The notes beneath the pieces were generated by a model. That model was not told the DNA's origin. It saw only the letters and a program-made list of their open reading frames with translations, and ran no database searches. A stretch of 64,000 nt of DNA from the human T2T-CHM13v2.0 reference genome, Homo sapiens: assembly GCF_009914755.1 (NCBI RefSeq), contig NC_060941.1. One strand, written 5' to 3'. Below, piece by piece: positions 57,796 to 64,000 of the stretch (its first letter is position 1; each line of letters opens with the position of its first letter). Both the position numbers and the translations under genes were made by a program.

Positions 57796-59316
57796 GTGTA
57801 ATAGTGGGTGTATGGGCTGAGGGTCCTGGCCAAGGGCACAGGCTATTGGAGCCAGGACCAGGGGTGGCAGGTAGACCCAGGGGAGTCAGGCCCAGAAAAG
57901 TTCTGGACCCCAAGGGAATCTTAGCAGTGGCTGGGATCTGAGCTGGGTGGGCTGTCAGAAGGCCCCACTGCACATCCTGGACTGGTTGGCAGCTTTGAGA
58001 AGTCAGGTGAATGTGTTCCATTTTTCCATCTGTGGAATGGGAGCAAGAGAGTCTACTTGCCCTCTCCCCAAACCCCCCTTTCAGAAAGTATCTGTGTGGC
58101 CAAAGCAAGGCTGTGAACACAGGGGAGAGCAAGGCTGCCCCCCGTCAGCCTCGTGTGAACCTCACACTTCTTATTTACACACAGGCTGGCATCTGCTCAC
58201 CCTCATCCTCCCAGCAGGAAGGGCTTGCATTTTATTGATGAAGATAATAGTGATATTTATCAAGGGCTTACACTGGGCCAAGTGCTTGCCAAGGATTCTC
58301 ATGTGACATTTCTTTCAGTCCTGCCGAGGACTTTATGAGGGAAGCACCCTGTTTTACAGAGGGAAGGGGGCCTATGGGGTCTACAGCAGTGAGAGCCTAG
58401 AGTTCAGTCTGCGTCTCTCTGATTCCAAAGCCTGTGATTGTGACTTCCATACTCTCCCTAAGACACATTCATACATTCAACTGAATATTTATTGAGCACC
58501 TACTGTGTGCTAGGGATAGAGCAGTAAATGAATCAGGCAAAAATTATTTACATTCCACTGGGGCTGACAAACCCAAACAAGGAAGAGGTGTAGTGCTTCG
58601 GAGAAAAACAGCAGGAAATAGCCCAGGGGACGCTGGGGAGTGTAATTTTAAATAGGGTGGCCAGGGAAGGCGGAGCTGGAAGGCGGCGTCTGAGAATAAA
58701 CCTGAGATGGTGAGGAGGAGCCCCGTGGATACTGAAGGAAACACTCTGGGCTGTTCTGGAGAGGGCAGCAGATACAAAGGCCCGGGGGTGGGAGTTAAGC
58801 TGGCGTGTTTGAAGAACAGTGAGGAGATAACAGGCATTTCCCCAAATGTGTTAAATGAGTCGGTAGATGTTTGGCATCCAAAAGGTTACAAGGTCGAATA
58901 GCCTAGGACATGCTTAGTTAAGCCAAGGCAAGCACGTTGCTTTACTACAAGACTTCTGGGGGCCTTCAACGTGCTGCTGTGCATCGGGACCCTTCAAGGC
59001 TGGGAGGAAAGAAAGGATGTAGCATTTCCCAAATGTGTTAATCTGAAAGCTCACACTTCCTGGAGCATCTTGGGTGGGGGATGAGCACAGGGCAGGAAAT
59101 GGGAATGCCAAGTAAAGCTTTGGAAATGGTTAGAGGGCCTGCTCCAGAGCAGGTGCTGAGCGGGTTTAGGGTCTAAACCAGATTCAAGCGCAATCAAAGT
59201 ATAACAGTTGGGAAGACAGATGGCTCATGAAGGTCCATGTGATAGGGAAGCTGGGCAACCCCAGGGGCTCATTCCAGCCTGGACTTGACACATTGGTCTC
59301 TGTTTTTACCTAAAAG

Positions 59317-59424
59317 AGCCAGAAGCACTTCCATGACGATATCTTTGGTGCTGTATTTCCCTACGAGGCAAAGAAGGACAGGGCGGCGGTGCAGCCCAGC
59401 AGCCTGGAGATGTCAGCGCTCTGA
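59317..59424 (+). pseudogene. NOS2P3: NOS2P terminal coding exon
   Basis: [35 protein letters not shown] with TGA 59422-59424. Confidence 0.93.
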
Positions 59425-61399
59425 GGGCCCACAGGAGGGGTTAAAGCTGCCAGCACAGAACTTAACGATGGAGCCAGCTCTGCATTATCCGAGGTCACAG
59501 GGCCTGGGGAGATGGAGGAAAGTGATATCCCCCAGCCTCACGTCTTATTTCTCACCTCGTTCCCCATCAAGCCCTTTACTTGACCTCCTACCAAGTAGCA
59601 CCCTGGATTGATCGGAGCCTCCTCTCTCAAGCTGGGGCCTCCCTGGTCCCTTGGAGACGAAATCTTCAATGCCAGGCCTGGCAAGTGGGTGAAAGATGGA
59701 ACCCGCTGCTGAGTGCACCACTTCAAGTGACCACCAGGAAGTGCCGTCACACCACTGTGTATTTAACTGCCATGGGTACAATTATTTATGCCTCTGTTTA
59801 AAAAACGAACACCCTAGTCTGTTCCTAATGGCCCCTTGGGTCTTCTCTGTATGATTCCCTGATGGAGATATTTACATGAGTTGAATTTTACTTTAATCAC
59901 ACTGTGTGTGTGTTTGTTGGGGGGGCTGGTGGGGGATGTTTTATAGGGAATGTGGCCCTCAGTTATAGAGTGGGGAGCTGGTGGGTGTCGCAGCCTGGAC
60001 AGATGCCCCACAGAGGGACACCCCAGGCAGGCCACGGCTCCTCTGAAATGGCTGCCAGGTGTGACAGCAGCAGATGGAGCTTCGTGCTGGTCCAAAGACC
60101 TGCGGTAGGGTGGACGGCACAGGCCTGCCTCCCACACAAAGGATCTGACGCGGGGTCTGGCAAGAGTGGGATTCTCATATGAGGCCAGAGCTTCAGGGAA
60201 GGTCTTGAGCTTCTTCTTGGACACTGTCTTAGAAAGGTTTTGCTCTGGGGCCACCTGTCTCACGTGAGTTTGGCCAGTACAGATGTGGCCTCTGGGAACA
60301 CAGGGTGTCAAAGCGAGTGTGGGCCACAGCATCCTCGCCCAAGGGACTGAAGACCCTCCTGGGTTTGGAGACAGCCAGGGAAGGCTTTTTAAGAGACTAG
60401 ACCCATTTCCTTCTCCTGGTCAGAACCAAGGAAGGAGCTCAGTGGCGGCCTCTGGGGTCCTGGCAACACGTGGCTCCCAGCTGGGGTTTGGCCTGTGCCT
60501 CCTGGGCCAGGCCCAGGACCCTCCCCCTCCCCTCCTCCTTCCAGCAGCAGCGTCTCAGGTGGCAGGAGAAGGTGCAGTGCCAACTTCAGGCTCCAGACGT
60601 GCCCTGCCCTGCGTGGCAGCCGTGCATCTCAGCAACACGGCCAGGAGTCCGCTCCGGACCAGGGCTTCCCAGCTTTCATGTGCGGGCCTCATCTGGGGTC
60701 CCGTGAAGACAGAGACTCTGATCTGGCAGGTGGGGTGGGGTGCGGGATGCTGCGTTTCCAACAAGCTCTCAGTCGCTGCTGCCGCCGCCACTCTGAAGAC
60801 TACACGGGGGCCTGAGGAACTGGATTCTTGCTGGGCCAAGCAGGATGTGTTGGCATCACGTTGACGCGGAGCTGGGCTGTCTGGCGGTGGCTCAGTGGCT
60901 GGCAGAACCCCACACATGGACACTGAGCCACTTTTCTCATGCGAGTCCTAACCCTATTGCCAGGGAGACCCACAATGGAACACACACCCATACGGTGCTT
61001 CGGGTGGGCCTCTCCTGACACCCCTTCCCCAAGCCACCTCCTCCCACTGGGATGCCAGGTCCGAGGAGCCAGCTCTGGCCCTGCTGTGGCCCTCACAGGC
61101 TCTGCCCCAGCCCGCCTCCCATCTCGGAGGCATGGGGCTGTTTCCTGGGGTCCCCCATTACCACCTTTCCTGTGTCCGAGACTCCTGCCCAAAAGACTAG
61201 AGCCCCAGCCTGCTTTCTCCAACACCCTCATGGGACGGTGGCTCTCTTCTCATAGCTCCCCTAGACACTGGCCCAGTGGGGGCTCTGTGTGGGGGCTTCA
61301 ACCCCACATTTCCCTTCCACACTGCCCTGGTGGAGTCATCCCTGAGACCTGATAATTCTAGACCCTGTGGCCACCAGAGGAGCCCATGCATTGGCTTCC

Positions 61400-61888
<489 letters not shown>

Positions 61889-62073
61889 CATTAATCCTTT
61901 TTTAATTAGGAGGTGTGAGGTCAGGACCCCCTGCCCAAAGGGAGTCCATGCTCTCCCATCCCACTCCTCTCAGCAGCCCCTCCGCCTGATTCCACAGATT
62001 CCAAAATGTCTCCAAATGAATTAAAGAAGCCACAGTCAACCCACATGAATGTGCCAACAAGCATTTTCATTTC

Positions 62074-62079
62074 TTTATT
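62074..62079 (-). terminator. LGALS9 polyA signal AATAAA (3'UTR ~62050-62623)
   Basis: tttatt on the + strand, ~545 nt past the stop. Confidence 0.8.
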
Positions 62080-62623
62080 TTAAGGACACTGGGAAAGGAG
62101 CCAGTCCCCTGAAGAGAACACTCTGGTCAGTTGGTGGAGGCCAGTGGGAAGCCATCAGACCTGCTTTCCAGGAGGGGTGAAGGGTTGGTGCAGGGTGCAA
62201 GGTGAGAGTGAGGTTAAAGGTCAGAGAGGAGGGGCTGAGGAGGCCATCTCCCACCAGGAGCAGACAGCTGGTGGCTTGAGACTGGGGTGGAGCTGCGTGG
62301 GGGATGGGAGGGGACTGAGCATGGGGCTTCATCTTCACTGCCCACTCCTCCCCTCTCCCTGGCTGTGCCCGCCTTCTGGGATTGTAGGATTCCAGCAGCT
62401 GGCGCCCCAGGTGCTGCTGCGGCTGAGGAAGGCAATCCCAGTCAGCTGCCTTCTCGATTCCAGGGTGGCTGTAGCCAGAAGCAGGACCAGATAAGGACAT
62501 GGCCTCTGCATTAAAGCCCAGATCCCAGGCACGGTTGGAAAGGCTGGGCCTGGGAAGTGGGGATGATGAGAGGACCCAGACTGCCCCACACCCTAGCCCC
62601 CGGCCCCAGGGCCAGGGAGCCGC

Positions 62624-62863
<240 letters not shown>

Positions 62864-64000
62864 TTAATAAGCCCCTCACCTGCACTCTATCCCCACTGAG
62901 CGACCGGCTCTTCACTAAACAGGCTGTGCGCGCTCCTTCCCCTGTACTGTTCCCTGGCCTAGAATACTGTTCCCACGACATCAGGGACAGGAGCACTGGC
63001 CTGTGCCATCTGTATCCCTCGGACCCAGCACACAGGAGTGCTCTGGGCCTGGGCTCCTGCAGCATCAGCCTCCTAACTTGTCTTTTCCACCCCAATGCCT
63101 TCTCCATGAGGCAGTCAGGATACAAATGTTAAAACCTCCTGCCCTTTGCAATAGCTGACACTCCTAACACACATGCCATGTGTAAGGCACTGTCCTAAGC
63201 GTGCTACAGATACTGCCTCATTCCATTCTTACAGCTCTAGGAGATTCATATGATTATTAGCTCCATTTTGTAGATGAGGAAACTGAAGCACAGAGTAGCT
63301 AAGTCACTTGCCCGAGGTCACACAGCTGTCCACAAATCAAAGAATGTTGCTCCCTGGCTCCATGGCTGCAAAGCCCTACATCAGTCATTTTCAACTCTGA
63401 TTGCAGAGTGTAATCACTTCAGGCATATTTTAAAAATACAAATGCCCAGGCTGACCGCCTCATTGGCCTGGGCTGGGGTCCCAGCACCTATATGTTCTTT
63501 GTAAGCTCTCTGGGTGATTTGAATGTGTAGTCAGGGCGGAGCACGCCTGCTGCTGTTCCTGGAGAGGCCACACCCGCACCTCTGCATGTTGGCCCTAGCT
63601 GCCCCTCCCAGGCTCGCTCTATCTCATCGCTCTGTTTTGCTTTCTGCGTGGCACTGTTGTTATCTGCAACAATCTGTTCATGCTTTAGTTTCCTTGTTCC
63701 TTCCCCCAGCTAAATTGTAAACTCTCTGGAGGAAGGACCCTATCTGTCTGCTTCATGACTGCGCTCCCAGCACGTGGAGTGCTTCCTGCACAAAGCGGGC
63801 GACAGTGAAATCGTTGAATGAGTCAGTGAAGAAATGAATAACACCTCCTTCTTGGGTCTGATTTGACACTTACTGACTGTGTGACCACAAGCAGGTAACC
63901 TGCACTTGTGAGCTTCTTTCCTCATCTAAAAAAGCAGATCCCAACGCTTCCTTCATGCAGGACAGTAATACTTATTAATGATAATGACAATAACTTTTTG

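Larger units (their letters stand above)
53678..59900 (+). pseudogene. NOS2P3: NOS2 (iNOS) unprocessed pseudogene: last six exons (FAD/NADPH reductase part) plus 3'UTR
   Basis: Exons 53678-53885 (RFYSISSS), 55439-55525 (-1 nt), 55925-56046 (GPGTGIAPF), 56497-56646 (+1 nt), 57603-57795 (-2 nt and in-frame TAG), 59317-59424 (...SSLEMSAL*). Upstream NOS2 exons not seen. Suffix inferred. Confidence 0.95.

Noticed and set aside
55290-61352. Many overlapping 100-200 aa ORFs
   Set aside because: Expected in GC-rich sequence; only the NOS2-homologous exon frames have support

Overview
Primate (very probably human) genomic DNA, a segmental-duplication mosaic typical of the 17p11.2 Smith-Magenis low-copy repeats. 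Left to right it contains: the 3' exons of a CCDC144-family (ANKRD26-related) gene (+), a ~9.3 kb nested L1/LTR block, one dead SRP68 exon (-), the intronless FAM106 ORF (+), the last five exons and 3'UTR of a USP32/USP6-type pseudogene (+), the last six exons and 3'UTR of a NOS2 pseudogene (+), and the last exon and 3'UTR of a galectin-9 B/C gene (-). Gene order and strand fit the CCDC144CP-SRP68P3-FAM106B-USP32P3-NOS2P3-LGALS9B copy as I recall it. The paralog suffixes are inferred from that order and could equally be a sister REP read in reverse. I found no prokaryote-style new system. The most striking unexplained structure is a 639-bp inverted repeat (5 mismatches, 520 bp perfectly identical) that brackets the whole 11.4-kb USP32P cassette and puts a polyA signal at both ends, making it a candidate invertible cassette. 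Other notable items are an L2-derived cassette exon that frame-switches the CCDC144 C-terminus, a USP32P copy mixing USP6-like and USP32-like residues, and a four-layer transposon nest. Gene and repeat-family names come from recalled sequences, not database searches, and repeat boundaries are approximate.
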